Shown: positions 29,737-46,419 of the stretch, piece by piece
How positions within the stretch are numbered: the first letter of the stretch is position 1
How the letters are laid out: each line of letters begins with the position of its first letter
Assembly: GCF_009914755.1 (NCBI RefSeq)
Contig: NC_060931.1
Strand: one strand, 5' to 3'
DNA from: the human T2T-CHM13v2.0 reference genome, Homo sapiens
DNA: 64,000 bases
The notes under the pieces: generated by a model
Told to the model about the DNA's origin: nothing
The model's database searches: none
The model's input: the letters and a program-made list of their open reading frames with translations, nothing else
Position numbers and translations under genes: made by a program

Positions 29737-29960
29737 TGGATCTGTATGAATGATCAAATTTTATATATATATATGTATAGAATAATATATGATATATAAT
29801 ATATAATATGGATCTGTATGAATGATAAAATTATATACAAAGGTAAACTTATATACATATAATTTAACATGATTATATAATATATATTAAATATATATGC
29901 AGTTTTACCATTCACACATATATATGTATGTGTATGTGTGTATACACATAAACATATATA
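29737..29960. repeat. TA-rich low-complexity tract with an 18-bp direct repeat
   Basis: tggatctgtatgaatgat at 29737 and 29809. Confidence 0.85.
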
Positions 29961-30156
29961 TTTAACTTAAAAATATTAAATATTAATTTTAGACCATATA
30001 ACTTTAATAGAAGAAAAACACACAATCACAAGAGCACAAAAGTAGAAGGGGGAAGAAAGCTAGAATGATTATTTTATAATTATCATTATAAAATGATTAA
30101 GTACTCTGATAAGTACTTATTATTTTAATAAGCACATAATATAGTATGTACTTATA

Positions 30157-30360
30157 CAGTAAGTTCTCACTTAATGTCATCAATAGATCTTTGGAAACTG
30201 ACTTTGAGTGAAATGACATACAGCAAATGCCAGAATAACATAATTTCCTTTAACACCATTTTGTTATAGTGCTGAGGAAAAAAATGATATTGTTATACAT
30301 TATTTCACCTAAAGTTATTGTTTCCAAGGACCTATTGAGGATATAAGTGAGAACTTACTG
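30157..30360. mobile_element. MER6B-like TcMar-Tigger MITE
   Basis: Perfect 17-bp TIRs cagtaagttctcactta / taagtgagaacttactg, flanked by TA TSDs. Confidence 0.88.
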
Positions 30361-31574
30361 TATTGACTATGATAACTTAAAAAAAGTAATGTAACCTCTA
30401 AAGTAACAACTACAATAATTGCCACAAGAGGAGTAGATTAAAAGTAAAGAGATAAAGATGGAATACTAAACGCTAAAATATGTGCAATTTACTCAAAAGA
30501 ATGCAAACAAGGAAAAAAATCAAGGGACCATAGAACACATTTAAAAATAAAAATACATAGCAATATGATAGATTTAATCACAAACATATTAATAACTATA
30601 TAGTTATAAATGAACCAAAACTCCAATTAAAAGGCAGAGATTGATAGAATGGATAAATATACAAGACCTAACTAAATGTTGACTGCAAGAAACACATTTG
30701 AACTATAGAAAGGTATTCAAGTTGAAAGCATAAAAGTTTAAAATATTGCAAGCAAACAGTAAGTGTAATAAGTTTTATGTGACTACTAATAGCAGACAAA
30801 ATCAACTTAAAGATAAAAAATGTTACTACAGATAAAGAGAGGTATTCCATAGTATTAATAGGGCAAACTCATAAAAAAAATAGAGCAATCATAAACAAAT
30901 ATATACTTAGGAATACAGTTTCAAAATACTTGAAGAAAAAATTCACACAAGTAAAAGCATAGTAGACAAATGCACAATCACACTTAAAGACCTTAATATT
31001 CTAGTGCAATATTTGATAAAAAATAAATAATCCATAAAAATATAGGAGATTTTGATAATATTAAGCAAATTGGCCTAATTAATATTTTATATACCGTGCA
31101 ATTGGAGAATACATATTCTTTTCATATACAGATAATTCATTCACCAAGACAGATGATAGGGTGGGCCATAATTTGGTTGTTCAAATTTCAAATACAAATT
31201 ACCCTTACAGTTACAATATTGTCCATAAAAATCTTTAACAACCATTACAGGAAAAATAGTTCCAGTGTCATAATTGTCAAATCAATATATCTGACTTAAA
31301 TATAAAGACAGTCTTGCAATTACACTGCCAAGAGGGAAAAAAATTTCCAACATGCTGACCAGACTGCATTTATGAACAATTTAATTTTTATTATTTTCTA
31401 AGAGGTTACTTTTTTATTCTTTGAAAATATTTTATAAATAATTTTCTTCAGCTAAAATGGATCAATAATAATAAGGGAAAATTAAAATGAGAACTATGAA
31501 ATATTTTGCTCTTAAATGAATGACTATGGAAGGCACCTACCGTATTCTAGGTAGAGATTATGAGACTCTACTTT

Positions 31575-33954
<2,380 letters not shown>

Positions 33955-34008
33955 TCAGCATGTAAGATAAGGAAATTTGAAAAATTAACTTGGAGGTAGA
34001 GTTTTAGG

Positions 34009-34044
34009 ACACACACACACATACACACACACACACACACACAC
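34009..34044. repeat. (CA)n microsatellite
   Basis: Seen directly. Confidence 0.95.
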
Positions 34045-34211
34045 TTGTGTGTTCTTATGTGATAAACAAAAATAAACACTCTTACAACCTCTAATGGGAA
34101 TAATCTAATTATATAAAGGGGTGCTGCATTAGGGGGAATTGGTATTTATTGAATACCTTCTATATGTCAGACAGTATCTTAGGTTTTTCCACATATTTTC
34201 TCACCAAGCCT

Positions 34212-34452
34212 TGTGGAAGTCAGAATTTTGACTCCCATGATTTTTACCCAATGGTATCAGATACATGAATATGCTATATTACATGTCAAAGGGAATTTGC
34301 AGATATAGCTAAGGTCACAGATATAACTAATCATTGCCCTTAAATAAGGATATATTCTTTGATTATCTGGTTGTACACAAGGTAATTACATAAGCCCTTA
34401 ACACAGAGCTTTCTCATGGCTAAAAGCAGAACTGAAAATCAGAGAGATATGT
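34212..34452 (+). mobile_element. MLT1E-like LTR, 5' fragment
   Basis: 'tgtggaagtcagaattt...aaagggaatttgcagatatagctaagg'. Confidence 0.65.
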
Positions 34453-35280
<828 letters not shown>

Positions 35281-35289
35281 ACAAATTTT

Positions 35290-37430
35290 TATATGTTTTA
35301 TATTTTCCTTTAAAGCATTTTCTATTTTTTCAATTTACTTTATTGTTTGACGTATGAGTTATTTAAAATTGTGCATTTTTAGTTTCCAGATAGTGGAGAT
35401 TTTAGGTTAACCTTCTGTTATTAGTCAGTAGCATAGTGTTACGATCCCAACTCTGAAAACTTTTAGACTTGCTCTACTTTGTGATATGTGTACCTTTTTA
35501 TAGATGTTCACTGTATTTATGAATAATTTTCCATGATCCAGTTGTTGGGTACTTCAGTATATGTCCCTTCATTCAAGTGCATTAATTTTGTTTTTTTTTA
35601 AGTCTCATAAATACTTACATCATTATTATTTTGCTGATTCATGCTACCATATAGCTTAGGTGAGTTTGTTAAATTTATTACCAGGATGATGGATTTGTCA
35701 ATTTCTCCTGATTTTAAAACCCTTGCTCCATGTATTTTTACTGTATATAATTCTATGCTTACAGATTCATATTATTATATTTTCTTGGTCAATTTAATCT
35801 TTTATAAATATGCAGTGGTCCACTTACTGCTACTAATGGTTTTTGTCTTCAAGTCTATCATGTCTCATACTAATTTTAGTACACCAATGCATTTTGTGCT
35901 TTCATTTGTTTTAGATACGCTTCTTCTAAGTATCACATAATGGATACTTTAGAAATTCAAAATGATAATCTCTGTTTTCCTCTGAGTATTTATTTCATTT
36001 ATGTTGATTGTGATTAACTAATATATTTAGTTTTCCTTTAATAATTTTGTTTTATGTTTTATGTATCCTGCTTTTTCTGGTTTTCTTTTTGCCTTTTTTA
36101 ATTTCTTTTTTATACTAGGTGAAATTTCTTTAATCATCTCACTCAATTTCCCTTCTAACTTAGAAGTATACACTCATGCTTCTTTAGTGTTTTCCCAGAA
36201 ATTTTCAAATGAGTATTTAATGTATTTACATTTAATTAATATATTTGTCCGTATCCTAAAATAATGGCAGGATGTCAGAAAACATTAATTCAGTCTTCCC
36301 CCAAAATAATATATTTATTCATTTGGCCAGTATTTTATGACTATATTGATTTTTAAATTTCCTCAGACATTACTTTTTTGTATTATGAAGTGTCGATTTA
36401 GATTTTCCAATATGTCTACCACATTTTCCTTGTTCATAATTCCTTTATCTCAGACATCCTCCTAATATTATTTTTTCTTTTTGCATTAATACATTTTTAC
36501 ATTTTTTAATGAAGTTATGCTGATAATAAACGTTTGCAATTTTGTTAATTTCCTAATAATGTATATGTTTTGCTCTTATTCTTCAGAGACGGAATTGTTT
36601 TACTCAGATGATCTTATCTTGTGACAGTTACCCTTTCTTAAAACTTCAAGAATAAATATCTTTTCATTGTCTCTGCCTTCCACCACTGTGGAGAAGTCAA
36701 AATCATCTATCTTATCTTATCCGTAATCTATTTTCTTTCTGGCTACTGATAAAAATGAAATCTTCATCATTGGTAATTTTTATCTCATTATGAAGTATGG
36801 AGTATGGCTTCATTTTTCCAACTTGTGATTTGTTGAGCTTCTTAAGTCTGAACATTGGTATCTTTTTAGAAATTCTGGAAAACGTTTGGTCATTTTCTTT
36901 TCTAATGTTGCCTTGCTCTGTTTTTTATACTTTCTTCCTAGAACGCTGAATAGACTCTTATAAGATATCATTATGGTATTTGGGGGATCTTTTAATCTAT
37001 TTCTCCTAACATATATCTTAGTCACTCTATTTTTGATAATTATTTTGTAAGTAGACATATTAAAATTCAATAATTATCTTTTTGTCCATGTCTCATCACT
37101 GTTTAATCTACCTGTTGAATTTAAATTTAATTATTGCATTTTTAATTACCAGAAGTACTGTTTAATTTCTGTTCTAATCTATTTGGACCCATTGGTATTC
37201 TCTGCCTCTTATATTTATATTATTTAAATGATAAATATATTTATTTCTTATTTGGTATCTGATTTGTCTTCCATCTATAATTTTTGTGAAATTGATTCTC
37301 AAGCTATTATTAGTCTTAGTCTTAATCATTATGGCTTATTCCCTCATGTATTTAGTGAATTTGATAGTTTGAGTTTCCTTGAGTTTTATTTGTGGGATAA
37401 TCTTTTTCTTTTAGGATTAGGTTTAAAATG
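35290..37430 (-). mobile_element. Very old L1ME-like 5' fragment
   Basis: Decayed antisense EN and ORF1 motifs, e.g. 'gatttgttgagcttcttaagtctgaac'. Confidence 0.5.
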
Positions 37431-39199
37431 TTAATTTTTCCTTTATCTCATTCCTAGAAAATGTACGGATATGTGAACCCTTTCCAGTCTTCTCTTACGG
37501 TTTTAGACAACACAGTTCATCCGAGTCTTTCCCCAAAGGAATGTAAGTGTGGGCTAGCAGTGAATATGTAACTTTAAGAATCTCAGGACATGTATTGGGA
37601 AGCAGTTTTTTTAAAAAAGCGTAACACAGTTTCAAAATAACAAAGAACCGAGATTTGGGTGCAATTCTTTTCAGCCATGACTCTGAAATTGAAATGTGCA
37701 CTACTTTGAAAGTAGGAAAATTGCATTTTAGTAATAGATTAGAAATACATATATTTTAATGGATCCAATAAAATTACACTAGAGATATTAACATACAGAA
37801 GTAAAAACAAATAAATTACCTATCAAAAGGAAGCAAGACAAACAGAGCCCTTTCACAGATGTGTATTTGGAAAATAATAACTCATGCATCATACAAGTAA
37901 ACACCTAAAGGAGAAATATAAACTGGTGGCAATTTAATTAACTACACTGATCTCATTGTGACAAACATAGCAATGGCATTTCATTAAAATTTATAAAAGA
38001 ACTACAGAGGTTACAAACAGTTTATGGCTGTAATGTTCCTTCAGTGCACAATTTCTTCCCCTTCTTCTTCTACTTCTTTTATGCTTTAAACAATATTCGG
38101 TTAGCATTCAGCCAAAAGAAACAGCAGGGCGCTCTTGAACCTGCCACCAATGATTTATTATGCTCATTTTCTATTCATTTGTTTATAGATCAAACACAGA
38201 AAGAAAGGCACAACGATATTGAACATATTTAATAAAAAGCACACACTGAGTATTTAAACTTCACATTGTGCTAGGTTAGACATTTTGGAAGAAAGACAAT
38301 AATTACACACAGGCAATTGCTTTGATGCAGCCTCTCAAATCAATACAGCTACTTAGTACAAGGTAGGCATTTATGTATGTTTAACATTGGCACTCTTTCC
38401 AGAGTATGACATTTCAGGTAAATGTGTTTTATAGCAGACATGGGAAAACAAATATATGAACTTCTTATTGACAGCCTCTTTCTCAGTTGCTAGCTTTTAT
38501 AAATGGGATGTCATTAATCTCTCATTCACTACAACAGCAGTCTCCAAATTGGTTGATTGTGCACTCCATTAGTAAAATTTTCGTTTTGGCTACTCTACTT
38601 TATTTGTAAATAATAGAATGTGTTTCTCTCATGTACATTATACACAAACATTTCTGAAAGTAGAAATGTTAAAAAATGTGACTAATACTTGCAAAAAGTT
38701 TTATTATTTTGTTCCTGGGTTCTATGGATCATCTTGCTTACTCCCTGCTTGCATCACTGTGAAGACCATCATTCTAGAAGACCTGTTTCCTTGTGATATT
38801 CAGCAAACAATGAAATAGAATAAGTACCTACAGAATGTAGCAAATTATATTAAGTGCTTTTCTGATAGTTTCTCATAGACTCAGAAGATTTCATTAAGTA
38901 ATCTTCACATGTAATGAATATTATTAATCTTTAATATCATTTCCATATATTACAAATTTTTTACCACTCGTAAAAGCAAATGTCTCACCAATAGCTAGCA
39001 TTTAAGAGTTAATAGACTGATCTCAGTTCCTTATAATTATGGGATATTTTACATAGTCTAGCTTATTTTTTATTGTGCCATATTTTTTAAAATTAAATGA
39101 TTGATTTATCCATTCTAAAAATGAGGACAGGATGTATTACCAAGCTGGACTCTCTGAGATTGTATATTCAACATTCTTTAGGCACAGGAAGACAAATAG

Positions 39200-39520
39200 G
39201 GCATGATCTCATATATCGGAACCAAAAATATTTGAACTCATAAAACAATGGTGCATTTACAAAAGAGGAATAATTTTTTGAGATCTGTTACACACTATGT
39301 TGACCACAGTTAAGAACTATTGTGTATTTCAAAATTGCTAAGTGAATTTCAAGTGTTTCACCACACACAAAAAAATGATGCATAAGTGAGATGGTGGGTA
39401 CGTTAATGAGCTTTATTTAATCATTCCATATTATATATATCAAAATATTGTATTGTTTTCCAAAAATATACATAATTATAATGTATCCATTAAAATAATA
39501 TTAACATTTTTAAAAAATAT
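39200..39520 (+). mobile_element. L1MA8-like 3' end fragment
   Basis: 'gtatttcaaaattgctaag...ttaatcattccatattatatatatcaaaat'. Confidence 0.7.
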
Positions 39521-40439
39521 TCATGTATGGGAAATCAATATCTACATTTTGCCATTTAGGTAATTTTACTGCTATATTCAGTGGTCATAGTTTGCTCCTG
39601 TATGCATAAGTTTTAAATAGTGAGTGGCAGCCAGAAGTAATTTTCATTTAGAAGTCATTTTTTTAAAGAAATGTAGAGAGTTGCATTATTGCACAAGTAT
39701 TCCTGGTTATAAAGAATTTATAAATCTAAGCCACCAAAATGTAAATTACTAAAATAAAAGGCTTTTGGATGTAGCTGCATTTGCACTGAAATCTCTCATA
39801 AGTGGTGGAGTGATGAGAGCGGATATCATTTAGAATATTTTCTCACATTACACCCACTGGGCTGTGTAAGTGTTTCATAATAACACTGCTGCGTTTTCAT
39901 GGTATAAGTAGACCCCACTCTGTGGAGTTGATGAATCTTCTTAGAGAGGACAGGATCTGTAAGGTGAGTGTGTGACAGACTATAAGACATTCTATATGAT
40001 TACTATAGACCAAGCCAAGTGAGATATTGTAGCAAAGGGAAACATTGATTTAATACTACATTTTTACACCTACAATGTGGCATTAACTAGAAAAAGAAGA
40101 GAATATCATATTTTAAGACAATGTATCACTATGTTCACACTAATTAACATAACTACTGGATGTTCCTTTTATGCTAGAAAATTTTTAGACATCCACATAA
40201 ACAAATGATACATCACATTTGGTACAAACAGATGTGAGAATTAATTTTAATTATTAATCTTATTGCACTGTAAAATCATAATGTCTTTGATTTTCATATT
40301 CTGGGGACAATGTGAAAATCAAAGACATTTTATACTACAAATAAAATCTGATTATGAAATTATACAAATATTAATTTTTAAGAAATAGCTGGAATCCTAG
40401 GACCTTAGAATTTAAAAGTTAGAAAATATATTAATTTAA

Positions 40440-40565
40440 TACAATTTTCTTTTGTTTTTATAGATCAGAAAACTGAAGAAGTGAAACGCCTTACTCAAGG
40501 TCACAAAGAGGGGTAGTGCAGAACAAAGAACAAATCTTGACGTCCTATTTCTTAGTCTAAAACAA
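40440..40565 (-). mobile_element. MIR fragment
   Basis: MIR core 'tagatcagaaaactga...ctcaaggtcaca'. Confidence 0.6.
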
Positions 40566-40929
40566 TCTTGTCATTGCCCCACCTATAGCACATTTCTTGG
40601 ACTATTTAAAAGACACTATTTTATAATTTAAAAGTAAATTTTATTTCTTTAACAATGAAAAATCACTTAAAGTCCACGTTGGGAAACAAGGCTGATTTTT
40701 AGAAAAAAAAAAAACTTCTCTAGCTATAAAAATATAGGAATAACTTTTTCCTCATCTTATTTTGAAAGCAGTTCCAACATGTGTAGACCCAAGAGAAGAA
40801 AAAAAATATATACACACACACACACACACATATGTTAATATAGACACACAAATGTATACATACACATATATAAAACATTCATAAATATGACATTCACTTG
40901 GGTGACTATATTTGCATTTTAAATGTTTT

Positions 40930-43335
40930 TATTTATACATTTTTATTGATACATATATTAGTGGTACATATTTTGGGAGTACAGGTGATATTTTGATACT
41001 TATAGACAGTGTGAAATAATCAGACTAGGGTGGTTGGGATATCCATTGCCTCAAACATATGTCTTTTCTTTGTGTTGAAAACATTACAATTCTTATTTTC
41101 CAGTTATTTTGAGATATAAAAGCAATTATTAACTATAACTATCCCACTGTACTATCAAATACCAGAACTCATTCCTTTCATCTAACTATATTTCTGTCCC
41201 TCCTAACCAACTTCTCTTTATCCCCTCTCCACTCTTCCCTTCTCAGACTCTGATAACCACCATTCCACTCTCTATCTTCCTAAGATCCACTTTTTTAGCT
41301 CCTACATGTGAGTGAGAACATGTGACATTTGTCTGTCTGTTCCTGGTTTATTTCACTTAGTGACCTCCAGTTTCATCCACGTTGCTGCAAAGACAATATT
41401 TCATCCCTTTTTATGGGTGAATAATATTCCACTGTGTATATATACCACATTTTCTTTATTCATTCATTCATTGGTGAACAATTAGGTTGATTCCATATCT
41501 TTGCTACTGTGAATAGTACTACAATAAACATGACAGTGCAGATATCACTTTGATATACTGATTTCCTTTTTGCGGGGGATATGTGTGACATTTCTGGATT
41601 ATGTGGTAGTTCTGGTTTTTAGTTTTGTAAGGAACCTCCACACTGTTTTCCATAATGGCTGCACTACTTTACCACCAACGGTGTCCACTCATTCCCCTTT
41701 CTTCATATCCTTACAAGCACTTGTTATTTTTTGTCTTTTCAATAACAGTCATTCTAACTGGGGTGCGATGATACTTCATGGTGATTTTGATTTGCATTTT
41801 CCTGATGATTAGTGATATTCAGCTTTTTTATTATTTATTTATTTATTTATTACAAAACGCTAGCAAAAGGTCTTCCTTTTATGATATATATGTGTGTGTG
41901 CATATGCACAACATGCACACACACACATACACACCACTTATACATGCCACAGGCTAATATCCTGTTGGCCATTTGGATATCATTTTTGAGAAATGTCTAT
42001 TCAAGTCTTTTGCCCATTTTTAAATTAGATTATTTGTTTTTGGCTAATCAGTTTGAGTTTTTATGTATTCTTGTTATTAATCCCTTGTTGGATGGATAGT
42101 TTGCAAATATTTTCTCCCATTCTCTGAGTTGTCTCTTCACTTTGTTGACTGTTTCCTTTATTGTGAAGAAGCTTTTTAGCTTGATGCAATCCCATTTCTC
42201 TAATTTTGTTTTGTTGCCTCTGCTTTTGAGGTCTTACTCCCAAAAATCTTTGCCCAGACTATTGCCCTGGAGCATTTCCCCAATGTTTTCTTTACATTTA
42301 AGTCTCATCCATTTTGAGTTGATTTTTATATATAGTGAAAAATGAGAATCTAGTTTCATTCTTCTGCATATGGATATCCAGTTTTCCCAGAATCATTTAT
42401 TAAGAGTTTGCTCTTTTTCTCTAATGTATTTTCTTGGTGCCTTTGCCAAAAATGAGTTGAATGTAAGTGCATAGATTTCTTCCTAGGTTTTACATTCTGT
42501 TTCATTGGTCTATTTGTCTATTTATACGCCAGTGTCATGCTGCTTTGGTTGCTACAGCTTTGTAGTATAATTTGAAATAAGTTAGTGTGATGCCTCCAGC
42601 TTTGTTCTTTTTGCTTTATCTATTTTGGGTCTTTTGTGGTTCCATGTGAATTTTAGGATTGTTTTTATTATTTCTATGAAGAATATCATCTGTATTTTGG
42701 TAGTGATTGCATTGAATCTGTAGATTGCTTTGGGTATTACAGATATTTTAACAATATTAATTTTTTCCGTCTATGATCATTGGTTATATTTCCACTTTTT
42801 TGTGTCCTCTTCAATTTATTTCATTGGTGTTTTATATTTTTCTTTGTAGAAATCTTACACTTTTTTCGTTAAATTGACTAAGTATTTTTTGTAGCTATAG
42901 TAAGTGGGACAGCTTTCTTGAATTTTTTCAGATTGATAACTGCTAGCATATAGAAACACTACTAATTTTTGTATGTTGATTTTATATCCTGCAACTTTGC
43001 TGACTTCATTTATCAATACTTTTATTTTTTGGTGCAGTCTGTTGGTTTTTCTAAATATAAGATCATGCTAGCTGCAGATAAGGATAATTTAAAATCTTCC
43101 TAATTTGTATTCCTTTTAATTCTTTCTCTTGCCTAATTACTCTGACTAGGACTTCCAGTACAAGGTTGAATAGAAATGGTAAAAGTGGGCATCTTTCTCT
43201 TTTTTCAGATCTTAGTAAAAAGAATTTCAATTTTTCCCCATCCAGTATGATATTAGCTGTGTGTGTGTCATATGTGGCCTTTATTATGTTAAGTTACATT
43301 CATTCTATAATCAATTTACTGGTAGTTTTTTTAAG
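40930..43335 (-). mobile_element. 5'-truncated L1MA4-like element
   Basis: L1MA4-type 3'UTR followed by decayed ORF2; carries a foreign insert at ~41830-41956. Confidence 0.8.
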
Positions 43336-46300
43336 AATATGGTTTTATTGTTTTATAAACACTACATATGAAATAAAAATGATGAGTCTGTAACATATTG
43401 AAATGGAGGAAATTAAATGGCAAGGCATATAATTTAACTATTCTCAAAGTAGATTTTAATAGAGAGGAAAGGAGGAAAACTGATAAAATAGTATGTACTT
43501 CTCTTAATCAGCAGTATAAGAATCTCAAAACTATTCAAACAAATTCAGGGAGGTCTTCACTGTACTACAAACTAATTTTTTTTTATAACTATGATTGATG
43601 GGAGCCTTCATGCCAAAAATGAAGCAAAACGAGGCATCTTTAGCAGATTGTTTTATGCAAAGCAATTTGAAGAAACATGAATATTACAATTCTGCATAGT
43701 TTATTTCACTATGAGGTTTAGTTTGATATAATTTTTTTAATGTTTGCTTTTATTCCTTTTTTATATTCCAGTGAGCTTCATGGCTTCCTTGTAAGATCAT
43801 ATATTTTATTGTTGTCTTGCCTTTGAAAATTAAAAAAAAATTCAACTGGAAATTATCAACAGAAAAGGATATAAAAATAATATGCATACATATATTATGT
43901 ATCATAGGGACTGTATCAGGAAAAAAAAATTCTTTAAAAAACCTGGGTTGTCAGGCAGAAATCACCACTCAACCTTAAGACACGATTCCGGCAAGTGACT
44001 AAAGAACAGAAATTAACCCTTTACAGTTTTTGCACTCTAAAATTACACACAGATTACAAAACAATATTTACATTGCATTTTCACAGATTTATATCCCTCC
44101 ATGAAAAATGAACATAAAAGGGAAGTGATATAAGGAAAGCTAGAAACTGCCAAATTCCCTCCAGTGACACTGCTTGTTGACATTCTCCTCAATTCATTCT
44201 GCATGGTCTCTCAACATTTAATGTGCAGAACATTCACATTTGCTGGCCCGTTGCTTTTCAATTACATCCCTTTGCTTGGCCTGATACTTAACGTGCCACA
44301 GGGTGACAGGCAAAGCGAGATGAAAAGACTCATGTTCCTTCCCTGCTTCATGCTCGTCTCCCTTTCTGACACTATTTTTACTAGGAAGATCACAATCTTT
44401 GTGGTGTATTGCTCTGGAGTTTCTTCAAAAATTTCTCAGTACCTAGACTGTTCTCCATCCAAGAAAGATACATATCTCTTTCCCCTAAGTAACGAACAGA
44501 TCTTTAGTCATTTTATTTAAAATTTCCACGGAATGTGATCAGTACCAAGAAAATGGTATATTGCTACATGATTTGAGTACTGCATATAGCAGCCCCATCA
44601 AAAGCAGCACCATTCATTCAGAAAGACCATATTTTCAAGAAGAGATTAAATGAGTTATATATGCCAATTAGTCACACTGTTGATTGATTTTTATTTGTAA
44701 TAATAGGTACTCTAACATTTGCTCATTTAATCAAAGGATGAATAACTTTTGATCCTGGATTCTTTTTTCCTAGCTAAAGAAAAAATTTAGTATATGAAAA
44801 TTATTATCAAGAATATTATAAGACATATCACCGCATTACCAATCTAATCATTTTTCTATTTATTTTTATGTGAGAAATTAAAATGTTGCCATTACCTAGC
44901 CCCAGAATTGCTAGAAAATCAGGATACTAAACTGAGATTTATTCTACTTTCAATAATGGCCTTGATACCAACACATGGAAGAATTTAAATCTTATCTTTT
45001 TCAAAGCTGTTGATCTTTTACTTGACATAACAATACAAGCTTAGTTCTCTAAGTAGGACTCCACAGTTACTCTCTTCCTTAGAAACTACTCAGAGTTCAA
45101 TCTTAAGGCATTATATTTTGTTCTTATTTCTCTAGATGTCTGTATAAATCCCATCTAAAATCTATCTGAAAATTAGGGGATCGTGTTTCCTTCATAAACA
45201 AGTTCATAGGAATCCCATAGTTCTTTTATCTGTAGTGAAAATACTCAGAGAAACTATATAGCAAACTATGACTAGGATGTTTAGGTTATAAGACTTCATT
45301 TATTTATACTTACCTTTATGTCCTATAAGGACTCTTGAATTTTTTTTTAATCAAAAGGTGATTTCAGCCTCAATGGTAATTGGGAGTCCCTATAACCAAC
45401 AAATACTTTGGAAGAGTGGGAAAATGTGGAAAATAAAATATTCCAGGCCTTTTTAAAATACATTGCTTTCCTTAGGAAAACATATACTTATTCTGTGAGT
45501 TTTTTTATTTATTTTGCTGTGCAGGCAAAATAATAAGTATTTCTTAGGATCTACTTCTAGTGTTTGTGAAGTTCCATTTTAGATTAATATCTAGCATATA
45601 AGCAATATTTTTTCTTTTGTATAACAGCCTAATTTAAGATGGTTTCATATTAAAACTTTTTACCAGAACATTTTGTAGCAATTTATTCACAGTTTCCAAA
45701 AAAAGCCAAGATAATTTGAAACAAGGGATGTGGAATAATCTAATTAAAAGGAAAACATATATTGGAAATTCAAATTCTATAATAAACCATTAAAATAGCT
45801 TTGCAATATCACTTTGCTTAGCAGATTGACAAAATTAAGTAAAACATTATTAAATCAATGAGCATTCTTATAAATTGAATATAAACTGCAAAATTTTATA
45901 GGTAAAAAAAACAAAACAGAATGACACCATGGTGAATGTCTGAAGGTGGAATTATGGCACTTATTATTTTAATGTTTCTGCTTTTCTGTGCTTCACAAAC
46001 TTCCAAAAACTTCCATAAGTTACTAAGTTTAAAATTTTTATTTTAAATATACTACAACTGTAACGTAGGGTAATTCCTTGATTATAGAATCTTCTAGAAA
46101 GGATTGTCTTGGCAGAAATAACCACATTCCTGAAAATTATCCTAGATGTGTAGCTATGATTTGGGCTTCTGTGCCTGTTCTTCAGGTTTTTTTGTTCCTT
46201 GATACCCTCCTGCTCCTAGAAGACTTATGCTCTTATTAAAAAGGCTAAATTGGGCATGTTGATAACTGAGTGAGCAATTTTCACTATTCATTAGTTCAAA

Positions 46301-46419
46301 TCCAGGTTCTATCTTAAACAGGTATAGAACTGTAGTTGATAAAGATCTTTACATTTAATTCTTTAGTTTGTTATTGTTAAATGAAAAAAAAACGAAAAAG
46401 CTTTGTCTTTGAAAGAATT

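Larger units (their letters stand above)
27880..31190 (+). mobile_element. Ancient L1M 5' portion (5'UTR, ORF1, ORF2 EN remnants), interrupted by Alu and MER6B
   Basis: A-rich decayed ORF1 and EN-like sequence 'ctccaattaaaaggcagagattgatagaatggataaa'. Left boundary uncertain. Confidence 0.65.

Noticed and set aside
30157-30360. Long hairpin as a novel ncRNA
   Set aside because: Fully explained by MER6B-like MITE terminal inverted repeats with TA TSDs.
38121-38134. CTCF-like motif acagcagggcgct
   Set aside because: The core is 2 nt short of the consensus spacing.
39961-39969. Perfect splice donor AAG|GTGAGT
   Set aside because: No convincing upstream acceptor or ORF; a few such motifs are expected by chance in 64 kb.
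44164-44520. 118-aa ORF in unique sequence
   Set aside because: GTG start, no recognisable motif, and a length expected by chance.
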